A stretch of 64,000 bases of DNA from Alphaproteobacteria bacterium (GCA_030831315.1 JAURLI010000011.1:2722-66721), one strand, 5' to 3'; shown: positions 1 through 9,585, counted from the stretch's first letter. Translations and numbers: made by a program. The notes: generated by a model not told the origin, from the letters alone.

Positions 1-724
1 ATTCGGCCTGTTCCAGAAGCTTCGCCGTGACCTCGCCGGGCAGGGCGGAGTCCGTGATGATGAAGCGCCGCGGGCGCAGGCTGACGCCTTCCAGCCGGTC
101 CATGAAATCGCCGACCCGATCAAGCGGGCCGCTCACTTCCACCCCGCGGATGCGATGGCCAATGCGTGCGCCGGTGGGATCGATGATGCCGACGGCGCGA
201 TAGCGCGCGCCGGGATCGGTGGCAAGCGCACGAAGGAAAAGCTCGGTCCCATCGCCCGCACCGATCAGAAGGACGGGTATGCGCTCGCCGCTCTCGGCGC
301 CGATGACGATGGCTTCGCGGCCCTGCTTGGCGACACGGTAGAGAATGCGGGGGCCCGCCAAAAGCGCCACCAGCAGGAACCAGTTGATGACCAGCGCCGA
401 GCGCGGCATCGCCTCAAGGCGCGTCGTCCAGAACTGCGCCACGACGAAAACCAGGATGATCAGGGTGACGGTGCGCAGGATGCGCAGGATTTCCGGCGTC
501 GAGGTGTATTGCCAGACATCACGGTGCATCTGCATGAACACCAGCATCGCGGCCGCCACCACCGTGAACATGGCGGTGCCGAACACAACCAGTTCGGGGG
601 AATAGTCCCAGGGATCGCCGCCCAGCCTGAGTACCAGCGCGATGAAAAACGACAGCGCCGCCATGACGGCGTCATGGCCGAAGATGAAGCCCGCGCGCAG
701 CACTCGTCTCGTCTGCGGGCTCAT
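1..724 (-). CDS. CapD-like nucleoside-diphosphate sugar epimerase/dehydratase (5' part only; runs off the window)
   Basis: Manual translation MSPQTRRVLRAGFIFGHDAVMAALSFFIALVLRLG...LIGAGDG, with N-terminal TM helices typical of CapD/WbpM; AAGGA upstream; alternative in-frame ATG at 811; not in the ORF track. Confidence 0.8.
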   Translation of the reverse strand, partial: MSPQTRRVLRAGFIFGHDAVMAALSFFIALVLRLGGDPWDYSPELVVFGTAMFTVVAAAMLVFMQMHRDVWQYTSTPEILRILRTVTLIILVFVVAQFWTTRLEAMPRSALVINWFLLVALLAGPRILYRVAKQGREAIVIGAESGERIPVLLIGAGDGTELFLRALATDPGARYRAVGIIDPTGARIGHRIRGVEVSGPLDRVGDFMDRLEGVSLRPRRFIITDSALPGEVTAKLLEQAE

Positions 725-841
725 CGCGAAAGGTCCTTGGATTGCGGGGCGGCGGCTTCGGCCCTTGGCATCATGGCGCGCATTTTCGTTCAACTGGGCG
801 GGCAAGTCCATCGGCAGGACCGCCCCCGGAGATTTTGAAAC

Positions 842-1909
842 CTATATTTTTCCGTCGCTTTCGGCGGGCAGCGCGCGGCCAAGCCACAGCAGCATCCAGC
901 CGGTGACGACAGCCCCCGCGGCAAGGCAGAGCGCTACGCTCTTCCAGCCCACGACCTGCACGGACAACAGGGCGATCATGGCGAGAAAGAGGTTGCCCGC
1001 GGCGATGAAGCGCGCGACGCGGGCATGGCCCAGCCCGCGCTGCACGGCGCGCTGATAAAAATGCTTCTTGTGGGCCCGCCAGACGGCTTCGCCCGCGAGC
1101 GCCCGGCGCGCGATGGTCAGGGTGGCATCGGCCAGATAATAGGCGGGCAGGATCAGCGCCGCCGTCCAGAATCCCCAGGCGGCAAGGGTCAGCAGCATCC
1201 AGCCGAGCAGGTAGCCGAGCGCGATGGAGCCGACATCGCCCATGAAGACGCGGGCGGGATGCCAGTTCAGGATCAGAAAACCGGCGGCGCTGGCGGCGGT
1301 CAGCAGCGCTGCCAGCGCCACCGTCAGCCCGCCCGTCCCCGTGTCTGGTCCCGCGCTCGCCAGCACGGCGAAAATCCCGGTGCCGATGGCAATTGTCTCA
1401 ACGCCCGCCAGCCCGTCGATGCCGTCCATGAAATTGTAGAGGTTGATGAACCATACCCACAGCAGCCCCGCCGCGATCCGGTCGGCCGCGAAGGGCAGCA
1501 GTCCCTGGAACACCATCAGCTTGTCGGGCATCAGCGCCAATGCCGCGCCGACGGCGGCGATATGCGCGCCGAAACGGACGATGACAGGCAGGTCACGCAG
1601 ATCGTCGATCCATGACAGGGCGGCCAGCGCCGCGGCCAGGGCGACGACGACGAAGGCTTCGATGTCGCCCGGGCGATGCAGCCAGAACACGGCGGCGATC
1701 AACGGCAGGGCGACGGCGAGGATGCCGATGCCGCCGCCGCGCGGCGTCGGTGCGGAATGGCTGGAGCGTTCGTTGGGATGATCCAGCACCTGGCGGCGGT
1801 GCAGCCAGCCGATCACCCAGCGCGTCACCATCCAGCTGGCGCCTGCGGTCAACGCGGCCAGCGCTAGCGCACCGGCCATGCTGCCCGTGCTCGCCAGTTC
1901 CGCCATCAT
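842..1909 (-). CDS. Glycosyltransferase family 4 (MraY/WecA/WbpL-like undecaprenyl-phosphate sugar transferase)
   Basis: Motifs PNERSSHSAPTPRGGG, WIDD, NLYNFMDGIDG, FMGDVGS; polytopic membrane protein. Confidence 0.9.
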   Translation of the reverse strand: MMAELASTGSMAGALALAALTAGASWMVTRWVIGWLHRRQVLDHPNERSSHSAPTPRGGGIGILAVALPLIAAVFWLHRPGDIEAFVVVALAAALAALSWIDDLRDLPVIVRFGAHIAAVGAALALMPDKLMVFQGLLPFAADRIAAGLLWVWFINLYNFMDGIDGLAGVETIAIGTGIFAVLASAGPDTGTGGLTVALAALLTAASAAGFLILNWHPARVFMGDVGSIALGYLLGWMLLTLAAWGFWTAALILPAYYLADATLTIARRALAGEAVWRAHKKHFYQRAVQRGLGHARVARFIAAGNLFLAMIALLSVQVVGWKSVALCLAAGAVVTGWMLLWLGRALPAESDGKI

Positions 1910-1919
1910 GCCCCTTCCC

Positions 1920-3746
1920 TCATGTCTTGTCCTTGAGGCGCGTGAACGCCCAGCGCAAGGTCGCACCCGGGCGCGGGCCGGTGGCGGTGACGCCGCCGCT
2001 GACGACGATCTGGCTGGCGCGGCGCATGTCGCCGGTCCCGACATAGATCGAGTCGTCGACGCTGACGTTGCCGCCCTCGGCGCGGAAGCGCCAACCCGCA
2101 CCCGACGGCAGGCGCAGCAGTACGGTGCCGCCCTCCTGAACCAGCGACGCGGTCACGCCCGGATGCAGGTGGAAGCGCACGGAAAAACTGCGCGGCCGGC
2201 CGACGCGCCACGGCCACAGGCGTCGCTCGGCCTTGTCGTCGCCCGTTGCGGCGGATGATTTTTCACTCTCGCGCCCGGGCGGGTACAGGTGATCTTCGCC
2301 GCGCACTTCCTCACCGCCTGCGGCGATCCACAGTCGCCTGCGATGGATCAGTCCGAAACCGCACAGGTAGCCGTCATGGCTGGCGTCGAGCCAGGTCGAT
2401 CCTTCCGCCTCTGAGCGCTTGCGCGTGACGTTGACGGGATGCTTGCCGATCTCGCTGCCGCGTCCCGGGGCCTCCAGAATTTCAGTCGAATTGGTATCGG
2501 CAAGCGTCAGGGTCGAATGGGCAGCGGTCGCGCGGAGCGCCTGGCGCCATTGGGCGCCCAATCCCGGTCCGCCACCGCAATTGACGACGAGACGTTCCTT
2601 GCCGACGCTCATTTCAAAAGACAGCGTTCCGGCAAAGGTATGGTCACGCGCACCCGGCGGGGGCGGCGCGCCCATGTCGCAGATCAGCAGGGTGCGGTTG
2701 ACGGCGACGCGCTCGAAGCCGGAATGGAGCGCGCCGGTCAGCGGCTTGCCCGGGGCTTCGGAGCGCGTCAGTACCATGTCGATGAGCCACGCCTCGCCCT
2801 CGCCCGAATCGTTGAACAGCGCCAGACCGCCGTCGCCGTGCCGGAAAAAGCGCAGCATAGGCGCCATGCGGTCGATGGAACGTTGAACCATGTCGGGCAC
2901 GTCATGTCCGCCCGCCAGCAGCACGGCGCGAATGTCGACCAGATCGCGCAGCACGGCGAATTGCTGGGCGGGCGAGCGTTCGATGTGGCCGCCATCGCCC
3001 AGTACCTGACGTTCGAGTTCGTGGGCGAGCCGCGCGAGCGTGCGCTTCAGACGCCAGCCGCCGCCGAACAGTGCTGCCGCGGCAAAGACCTGCCCTTTCA
3101 GGACGGTCAGAAGCCGCGCCCCGGAAAGACCTCCGGCCCCGCCGCGCAGCAGGTGGCGCCCCTGGCGGGCCAGGCTGTTGAAGAAGTCGCGCTCGAAGGC
3201 GGGTTCGGCGCCCTGCAATATGACGTCGGCGCTGGTGATCCACGCGCTGATGCGCGCGGCCAGGATATCGGGCCGCCATGGCATCCGCTTCCAGCGCTGG
3301 TGGCGGGCGATCCAGTCGGCGACCAGCCGTCGCGCCGTCTCGCGCGCGGGTTCGCCGCCGGCGACGCGCAGGTCGCGCAGCCAGCCGAATTCGTGCAGGG
3401 CGGCCAGCCAGTCAGGCGCGGCCGACGCAGGCGACCACAGGGCCATGCCCGGGCCGGCACCCTGGGTCGGCGGGGTTACACGTACGATGCGACCGGCAAA
3501 GGTGAAGGTACCGCCGATGATGGCGCGTCCGCGGGCGGCATCGCCGGGCCACGGGTCGATGGGCATGCCGGCGATGACTCTCGGCGCGCCACCACGCAGC
3601 AACAGGCCATGAGCGGGCGAGGCGTAATAGATGCTGCGCAACGCATAACCCAGGGCGCGGGTGTTATGGGCGACGGGGCGGCGCGCGACGGCGGTATACC
3701 AGCCGAAGGGCGGGCGCTGGGGCGACGGGGGTGCGGCCTCGCTCAT
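1920..3746 (-). CDS. Heparinase II/III family protein
   Basis: DGGHIERSP, FFRHGDGGLALFN, LSFEMS, RATAAHSTL, ASHDGY, VRFHLHP. Confidence 0.85.
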   Translation of the reverse strand: MSEAAPPSPQRPPFGWYTAVARRPVAHNTRALGYALRSIYYASPAHGLLLRGGAPRVIAGMPIDPWPGDAARGRAIIGGTFTFAGRIVRVTPPTQGAGPGMALWSPASAAPDWLAALHEFGWLRDLRVAGGEPARETARRLVADWIARHQRWKRMPWRPDILAARISAWITSADVILQGAEPAFERDFFNSLARQGRHLLRGGAGGLSGARLLTVLKGQVFAAAALFGGGWRLKRTLARLAHELERQVLGDGGHIERSPAQQFAVLRDLVDIRAVLLAGGHDVPDMVQRSIDRMAPMLRFFRHGDGGLALFNDSGEGEAWLIDMVLTRSEAPGKPLTGALHSGFERVAVNRTLLICDMGAPPPPGARDHTFAGTLSFEMSVGKERLVVNCGGGPGLGAQWRQALRATAAHSTLTLADTNSTEILEAPGRGSEIGKHPVNVTRKRSEAEGSTWLDASHDGYLCGFGLIHRRRLWIAAGGEEVRGEDHLYPPGRESEKSSAATGDDKAERRLWPWRVGRPRSFSVRFHLHPGVTASLVQEGGTVLLRLPSGAGWRFRAEGGNVSVDDSIYVGTGDMRRASQIVVSGGVTATGPRPGATLRWAFTRLKDKT

Positions 3747-3761
3747 GGCCCGGCGCTCCGC

Positions 3762-4424
3762 TCAGGAGCCGCGCAGGCGGGCGATGTTGGCGGCGTAGGC
3801 GTTCTCGCCACCCTTGAAGGTGGCGGTGCCGGCGACCAGCAGGTCGGCACCTGCCGCGATGACGCGGGCTGCCGTGTCCATGTTGACGCCGCCGTCCACT
3901 TCAAGATCGATGTCGCGCCCCGTGGCGTCGATCATCTTTCGCACGGCGGCGATCTTGGCGAGTTGCGAGTCGATGAAAGCCTGCCCGCCGAAGCCCGGAT
4001 TGACGGTCATTACCAGCACCAGATCGATATCGCCGATGATGTTGTCGAGCGCTTCCACCGGCGTTCCGGGGTTGAGCGCCACGCCCGCCTTCTTGCCCAG
4101 CGACCTGATCAGCTGCACCGTGCGGTGCAGATGGGGGCCTGCTTCGGGGTGTACGGTGATGATGTCGGCGCCTGCCTCGGCAAAGCCGGGGACGTAGGGG
4201 TCGACCGGCGAAATCATCAGGTGAACGTCGAAGGGAAGCGCGCTGTGGGCGCGGAGCGCCTTCACGACGTCGGAACCGATGGTGATGTTGGGAACGAAGT
4301 GGCCGTCCATGACGTCGACATGGATCATGTCGGCGCCAGCCTTGGTGACCGCGGCGATTTCGGAGCCGAGGCGCGCGAAATCGGCGGCAAGGATGGAGGG
4401 TGCTATGCGGACGGGCTTGGCCAC
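3762..4424 (-). CDS. rpe: Ribulose-phosphate 3-epimerase
   Basis: [43 protein letters not shown]; GTG start assumed. Confidence 0.96.
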   Translation of the reverse strand: MAKPVRIAPSILAADFARLGSEIAAVTKAGADMIHVDVMDGHFVPNITIGSDVVKALRAHSALPFDVHLMISPVDPYVPGFAEAGADIITVHPEAGPHLHRTVQLIRSLGKKAGVALNPGTPVEALDNIIGDIDLVLVMTVNPGFGGQAFIDSQLAKIAAVRKMIDATGRDIDLEVDGGVNMDTAARVIAAGADLLVAGTATFKGGENAYAANIARLRGS

Positions 4425-4428
4425 GCCG

Positions 4429-5829
4429 TTAGGTAGCAGCTTCCCCAGACCGCCGCAAGCGCGCGGTGAAGAAGCCGTCACAGCCGCCTGCACCGGCCAG
4501 CATGGAGGGCAACGAGCGGAAGAACCCGGCGTCGGTCGCGGCGGCTTCCAGGCCCGGCAACTCGGCGGCAGTCACGGCTTGCGGGGTGAAGTCGGTATGG
4601 CGGGCAAGGAAGGCGGCGATGCGGTCTTCCCCCTCGGCGGGTTCCAGCGAACAGACGGCATAGACGAGCTGCCCGCCCGGGCGTGTCAGGCGGGCGGCCG
4701 CATCCAGTAATTCATCCTGAAGGCGGGTGGCGGCGGCGATGTCGTCCTCGCGGCGCAGGCGGGCGATGTCGGGATGGCGCCGGATAGTACCGGTGGCGCT
4801 GCAAGGCGCATCGAGCAGGACTGCGTCGAAGGGCGGGGCTTCATATCGGCGGGCGTCGGCTTCCGCCAGCTGGGCCTTGAGCCCCGTGCGCGCAAGGTTT
4901 GCAGCGACCATATCGAGGCGCGCATGGGACTGATCGAGCGCGGTGACGTGCGCGCCCGCTGCCGCCAGTTGCAGGGTCTTGCCGCCCGGTGCCGCGCACA
5001 TGTCGAGCACACGCAGCCCGGTGATGGGGCCGAGCAGCCGGGCCGGCACCTGTGCCGCCGCATCCTGCACCCACCAGCGTCCTTCGCCGTAGCCAGCAAG
5101 TTCGGACACCGCACCGCCCTTGCGCTGGCGCACCGCGCCTGTGGCCAGAAGCTCGGCATCGAGTTCCGCGGCGAGGGCCGCCGCCTCTCCCGGGTCGCGG
5201 GGGCAGAGATCGAGCGGCGGCTCGGCCAGATGCGCGCTCGCGATGGCGCGCGCCGCCGCTTCGCCGTATGCGGCCGCCCAGTTCTGCCAGAGCCAGTCGG
5301 GCGTGTTGAGACGCGCTTCATCAAGCCCGTCGATCAGCGCCTTGCCCTCGCGCGCGACGCGGCGCAGCACGGCGTTGACCAGTCCCTTGAATTTCTGCTG
5401 ATTGAGGGCCTCCGTCATTTCGACGGCGGTGGCGACGGCGGCGTGGGAGGGGGTGCCCAGATAGAGCAGCTGTACGATGCCGAGTGCGAGGATGTTGCGC
5501 ACCACGCGTGCACCCTGGGGCAACGGGCGTTCGATCAGGCGCGCAAGAACGGCATCGATTTCCCCGGCCCGTCTCATGGCGGTGGCCAGAAGAAGCCGGG
5601 CGAAGGCGCGATCGCGCGTGGACAGGCCGGAAAAGCCGGCGGTGCCGTCGAGCGCCGCTTCAAGGGCCGTGTACTGGCTTTCGATGCGGCCAAGCGCCGC
5701 GCAGGCGGCGCGCCGTGCATCGGCGGGCAGGCTGCGCGCGGACTGCGGCCGGTCGGGCTCGCGCTTGCGGCGCGGGGTGCCAGGATTTGAGGGTCGCGGT
5801 CGGGCGGGACCGGGCGGGCGCTCGGCCAT
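4429..5829 (-). CDS. rsmB: RsmB/Sun-family RNA m5C methyltransferase with NusB-like N-terminal domain
   Basis: [30 protein letters not shown]. Confidence 0.9.
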   Translation of the reverse strand: MAERPPGPARPRPSNPGTPRRKREPDRPQSARSLPADARRAACAALGRIESQYTALEAALDGTAGFSGLSTRDRAFARLLLATAMRRAGEIDAVLARLIERPLPQGARVVRNILALGIVQLLYLGTPSHAAVATAVEMTEALNQQKFKGLVNAVLRRVAREGKALIDGLDEARLNTPDWLWQNWAAAYGEAAARAIASAHLAEPPLDLCPRDPGEAAALAAELDAELLATGAVRQRKGGAVSELAGYGEGRWWVQDAAAQVPARLLGPITGLRVLDMCAAPGGKTLQLAAAGAHVTALDQSHARLDMVAANLARTGLKAQLAEADARRYEAPPFDAVLLDAPCSATGTIRRHPDIARLRREDDIAAATRLQDELLDAAARLTRPGGQLVYAVCSLEPAEGEDRIAAFLARHTDFTPQAVTAAELPGLEAAATDAGFFRSLPSMLAGAGGCDGFFTARLRRSGEAAT

Positions 5830-6686
5830 CAGGCCCAGGGCCCGGAGATGCCCGCCATCTCGCGCAGGCGGGCGACGCGGTTGGCGGTCGCGGGGTGGGT
5901 GGAAAACAGGCTGTCGACCGCATGGGCATGCAGCGGGTTGATGATGAACATGTGCGCGGTGGCGGGGTTGTGTTCGGCCGCGTTGTTGTCGACTTCCTCG
6001 GCTGCCGACTGGATGCGCTCGAGCGCAGTGGCGAGCCAGAGCGGCCTGCCGCAGATTTCGGCGCCGATGCGGTCGGCCTCGTATTCGCGGGTGCGCGAGA
6101 TTGCCATCTGCACCAGCATCGCCGCGACCGGCGCCAACACCATGACAAGGATCACGCCGACGATGCCGAGCGGGTTGTTGCGGTTCTGCCCGCCGCCGAT
6201 CAGGAAGGCGAAATTGGCGAGAAAGCCGATGGCGCCTGCGATCGTCGCCGTCAGGGTCTGGATCAGCGTGTCGCGGTTTTTCACATGGGCAAGTTCATGC
6301 GCCATGACGCCCGCGATCTCTTCATGGCTGAGGCGCTGCAATAGGCCTGTCGTCGCCGCGACTGCGGCGTTTTCGGGATTGCGCCCGGTGGCGAAGGCGT
6401 TGGGCTGGTCGTTGTCGATGACATAGACGCGCGGCATCGGCAGGTCGGCATTGGCTGCCAGTTGCTCGACGATACCGTAGAAGCCGGGTGCTTCGGCGCG
6501 GCCCACCTCGCGCGCGCCATACATGGAAAGGACCATGCGGTCCGAGTTCCAGTAGGCAAACAGATTCATCGCCGCGGCGATGGCAAAGGCGATCAGCATG
6601 CCGCCTTCGCCGCCGATGAAAAATCCAACGGTCAGGAACAGGGCGGTGATGCCGGCGATCAGGACTGCGGTACGGAAATGGGCCAT
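5829..6686 (-). CDS. htpX: Zinc metalloprotease HtpX
   Basis: [31 protein letters not shown]. Confidence 0.95.
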   Translation of the reverse strand: MAHFRTAVLIAGITALFLTVGFFIGGEGGMLIAFAIAAAMNLFAYWNSDRMVLSMYGAREVGRAEAPGFYGIVEQLAANADLPMPRVYVIDNDQPNAFATGRNPENAAVAATTGLLQRLSHEEIAGVMAHELAHVKNRDTLIQTLTATIAGAIGFLANFAFLIGGGQNRNNPLGIVGVILVMVLAPVAAMLVQMAISRTREYEADRIGAEICGRPLWLATALERIQSAAEEVDNNAAEHNPATAHMFIINPLHAHAVDSLFSTHPATANRVARLREMAGISGPWA

Positions 6687-6737
6687 CGGGTCTTTCCGGC
6701 CGCCTAGCGGCCGTGGACTGGTAATTTCGCTGAAAGT

Positions 6738-6766
6738 ACTTAGATTGGGCGGAGGTCCCGTTCAAG
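6738..6766 (-). promoter_or_regulatory. Possible RpoH-type promoter of htpX
   Basis: Minus strand CTTGAA-N17-CTAAGT; weak -10 match; htpX is commonly heat-shock regulated. Confidence 0.3.
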
Positions 6767-6798
6767 GGGCACCCAGCAATATGCACCGCCGACACACT

Positions 6799-6987
6799 AT
6801 GACCGATACGCCGAAGAAACCCTCCCGAATACTTCCGCCCATGCCCCCTCCGGCTCCGGCGCGCCGGCCCCTGGCGCCGGTTCCGGCAGATGGCGGCGGC
6901 GAAGGCAAGCCCGAGGCCGAGCGCAAGACCCCCGATCCGACCCGGTTCGGCGACTGGGAAAAGAACGGGCGCTGCATCGACTTTTGA
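6799..6987 (+). CDS. DUF1674 protein (SDHAF4/Sdh8-like)
   Basis: C-terminal PDPTRFGDWEKNGRCIDF; divergent from htpX. Confidence 0.9.
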   Translation: MTDTPKKPSRILPPMPPPAPARRPLAPVPADGGGEGKPEAERKTPDPTRFGDWEKNGRCIDF

Positions 6988-7013
6988 TGCAGTTTACATA
7001 TCATTATATGTAA

Positions 7014-7028
7014 GTTCTTGATTTGTTC
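7014..7028 (+). promoter_or_regulatory. Alphaproteobacterial LexA (SOS) box overlapping a putative sigma70 -35
   Basis: GTTC-TTGATTT-GTTC (GTTC-N7-GTTC); TTGATT(7018)-N17-TAGGTT(7041). Confidence 0.6.
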
Positions 7029-7110
7029 TATACAAACATGTAGGTTGTTCGGCTGAGGCACACCTCGGGCGGTCCGGGGTGTCGTCGTTTCTCTGTTTCT
7101 GGAACAGCCG

Positions 7111-7575
7111 ATGCGCTCGCGGGCGATCACGATTTTCCTGACCTGTCTGTTGACGGCGCCGGCCTTGGCCGAGGCGCCAAAGCCGCCGCGCCCGCCGGCC
7201 GGCCGCGAGGTTCTGCCTGGCCCGGTGAAGGCCGAGGTGCTCAAGGTCATCGACGGCGACACCCTGACCGTACGCGCGCGTATCTGGGTGGGGCAGAATC
7301 TTGAAATTCATGTGCGCATTACCGGCGTCGACACACCGGAGCTGCGCGCCCGCTGTGATCGCGAACGCACCCTTGCACGTGAGGCGCGCGAAACTGTGCG
7401 CGCGGCAGTGGCCTCGGGGCAGGTGCGCCTGTTCGATGTGCAGTATGGCAAGTATGCGGGGCGCGGGGTTGCCCGCGTTGAAACCGAAGACGGCCGCGAT
7501 ATCGCGAAGATGCTGATCGATGCGGGCCTTGGCAGGGCCTACGGTGGCGGCAAGCGGGCTGGCTGGTGCGGCTGA
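7111..7575 (+). CDS. Thermonuclease (SNase-like) family protein with signal peptide
   Basis: VIDGDT, RITGVDTPE, YAGR, LIDAGLGRAY. Confidence 0.9.
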   Translation: MRSRAITIFLTCLLTAPALAEAPKPPRPPAGREVLPGPVKAEVLKVIDGDTLTVRARIWVGQNLEIHVRITGVDTPELRARCDRERTLAREARETVRAAVASGQVRLFDVQYGKYAGRGVARVETEDGRDIAKMLIDAGLGRAYGGGKRAGWCG

Positions 7576-7626
7576 CCGCCGCGGCGAATTGCGTTATCAT
7601 AAAGGGATGAACACCCGGATTCCCCG

Positions 7627-8952
7627 ATGACCGGAAAAACGGCTGCGGGCGGCACCTGTACCTGCGCCGCGTTCGGCGCGATGGGCATCATTGGCGTCTA
7701 TGTTGCCCTTGCCCTTGCGCCGCTGGCACTTGCAGCGATTGTGGCGCCGCAGGGTAACGGACTTGCCGCCGAGCTCGGCGGCGGCCTGGCGCTCGCGGGT
7801 TACGCGATGCTGCTGATGCAGTTTCTGCTGACCGGGCGGTTTCGAACCATAGGCGGCCGTGTCGGCATCGACGTCATCCTGCGCTTGCACCAGATCGCCG
7901 CGCGCATCTTGACCGTGATGCTTCTGCTGCATCCCTTCATTTACTGGCCGTCCCTTGCGCGCATGATGGCAACGCCGGCTTTCGCTTCGGGCATCGTTGC
8001 CTGGCTGCTGCTGGTTCTGCTGATGGCGATGGCCCTGCTGCGTCCGCACCTGGCAATTGCCTACGAATACTGGCGGGCAAGTCACGGGGCCCTCGCCGTC
8101 CTTATCGCCCTGGCCGGGCTGCATCATGCGCTTGCTGTCGGCAGCCTCAGTGCGGCGCCCGCGCTGCGCTGGTTCTGGATCGCGCTCGCAGCACTTGCCC
8201 TTTACACCCTTCTTCATTCCTATCTGGTGCGGCCGTGGCTGCAGTTGCGCGATCCGTGGCGCATCGCAGAGGTGCGCACGCTCGGTCCCGCGCGCTGGCT
8301 GGTTGCGCTCGAGCCCGAGAACCGTGCGCTCGCCTTCGATGCCGGCCAGTTCGCCTGGCTCAAGGTCGAGCCGCATCCGTTCACCTTGCGCGAAAATCCG
8401 TTTTCGATCGTGTCCGCACCGGGTGCCAGACGCGTTGAATTCCTGATTCGCGAAGCGGGCGATTTCACCTCCACCATCGGCGCGCTTGTGCCCGGAACCC
8501 GCGCCTGGCTCGACGGGCCGCACGGCGCCTTTACCCTTGCTGCCGCGGGCGGTGCAAAGCGCATCGTCATGCTGGCGGGCGGCGTTGGCCTCGCACCCTG
8601 CCTGTCGATGCTGCGCGCGGCAGCGGCGGCGGGCGACCGGCGGGCCTATCACCTGATCTTCGGCAATCGCTGCGAAGACCAGATCGTGCCGAAAGACGCA
8701 ATAGCGGCACTCGTGCCGGTGCTCGACCTCAAGATTGATTACGTTCTGTCGGAACCGCCCGCAGGCTGGACCGGCGCCATCGGCCAGATGACCCCGGAAA
8801 CGCTGCTGCCGTTGCTTTCATCAGGCGATATTGCGGAAACGGTTTTCTACTTGTGCGGCCCGCCGCCGATGGTGACGGCTTCGTTGCGGGCACTCGCCGC
8901 GCTGGGTGTGCCGCCCGCACATATTGTCACCGAACGATTCGACTACGACTGA
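7627..8952 (+). CDS. Ferric-reductase-like membrane flavocytochrome (heme-b TM domain plus FAD/NAD(P)H-binding domain)
   Basis: His pairs in TM helices (RLHQ..LLHP; ASHG..LHH), NPFSIVS, DGPHGAF, GGVGLAP, CGPPPM, ERF; alternative start 7681. Confidence 0.85.
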   Translation: MTGKTAAGGTCTCAAFGAMGIIGVYVALALAPLALAAIVAPQGNGLAAELGGGLALAGYAMLLMQFLLTGRFRTIGGRVGIDVILRLHQIAARILTVMLLLHPFIYWPSLARMMATPAFASGIVAWLLLVLLMAMALLRPHLAIAYEYWRASHGALAVLIALAGLHHALAVGSLSAAPALRWFWIALAALALYTLLHSYLVRPWLQLRDPWRIAEVRTLGPARWLVALEPENRALAFDAGQFAWLKVEPHPFTLRENPFSIVSAPGARRVEFLIREAGDFTSTIGALVPGTRAWLDGPHGAFTLAAAGGAKRIVMLAGGVGLAPCLSMLRAAAAAGDRRAYHLIFGNRCEDQIVPKDAIAALVPVLDLKIDYVLSEPPAGWTGAIGQMTPETLLPLLSSGDIAETVFYLCGPPPMVTASLRALAALGVPPAHIVTERFDYD

Positions 8953-8984
8953 GGCCGCCGATGCCGAGACTTTAGGACAGGGCA

Positions 8985-9050
8985 ATGCGGATGTTCGCGA
9001 TCATCGCGGCCGCCATCGGCGTGGCGATGTTGGCTTTCGTCCTGCGCTGA
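8985..9050 (+). CDS. Putative 21-aa single-TM peptide MRMFAIIAAAIGVAMLAFVLR
   Basis: AGGA 7 nt before ATG, GC3-rich codons, hydrophobic core, lies in the intergenic gap. Confidence 0.45.
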   Translation: MRMFAIIAAAIGVAMLAFVLR

Positions 9051-9052
9051 AC

Positions 9053-9316
9053 TTATTTCGTCGCGCCGAGCGCGCGTTCCAGATAGCCGATGATGGCCTT
9101 GCGCTCGCCCGCATCGCGGGCATGGTGGCGCGAGAGCTTGCGCTCGAGCCACGCGGCGCGTTCCTTCGCGTCCGTATGGGGCTTCAGAATGGCCACCGCC
9201 GCTGCCGTGTCGTGACAGCGCGCGCAGCGCTTGCCGAATTCGGCCTCGCCCGCCTGCTGGGCAACAGAGGGGGTCGCCAAGACGAGCAGCAACGCGAGGG
9301 GGATAAGTATTTTCAT
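9053..9316 (-). CDS. Small periplasmic monoheme c-type cytochrome
   Basis: Signal peptide plus CARCH (CxxCH); no Met in the mature chain. Confidence 0.75.
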   Translation of the reverse strand: MKILIPLALLLVLATPSVAQQAGEAEFGKRCARCHDTAAAVAILKPHTDAKERAAWLERKLSRHHARDAGERKAIIGYLERALGATK

Positions 9317-9585
9317 TTCTCGTTCCCTGATTTCATGCCTTTCAGCAGGAAATAGAAAACGCCCGCGGTGATGAACGGCAAAATCAGTACGAGATCATCT
9401 GCGCGCATGTTCATGGCACCTGCCGCATAGATGCTGCCGAATATCAGCAGTACCGATACGACATAGACAACCGTTCCGCCGACCGCGGCGAAGTTGATGG
9501 TCTTGCCGTTGGTGCGCAGTACGTAGCCCACGACAAAGGCGGGCAACAGGGTCGAAAAAAGAATGATGGCGATCTTGCCGTCCAA
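9313..9585 (-). CDS. Hypothetical small 3-TM membrane protein
   Basis: TTG start with AAGGA upstream, just after the acs stop; ATGA overlap with the cytochrome gene. Confidence 0.6.
   Translation of the reverse strand: MDGKIAIILFSTLLPAFVVGYVLRTNGKTINFAAVGGTVVYVVSVLLIFGSIYAAGAMNMRADDLVLILPFITAGVFYFLLKGMKSGNEK

Noticed and set aside
2439-4436. Long opposite-strand or alternative-frame ORFs (also 9933-11612, 20788-22509, 34625-36043, 42372-43652, 49384-51060)
   Set aside because: They shadow well-supported genes, lack recognisable motifs, and are expected from stop-codon scarcity in high-GC DNA
6991-7016. Resemblance to a dif (XerCD) site
   Set aside because: Only 4 bp separate the CATAT and ATATG arms; dif needs a 6-bp spacer and a TTATG arm
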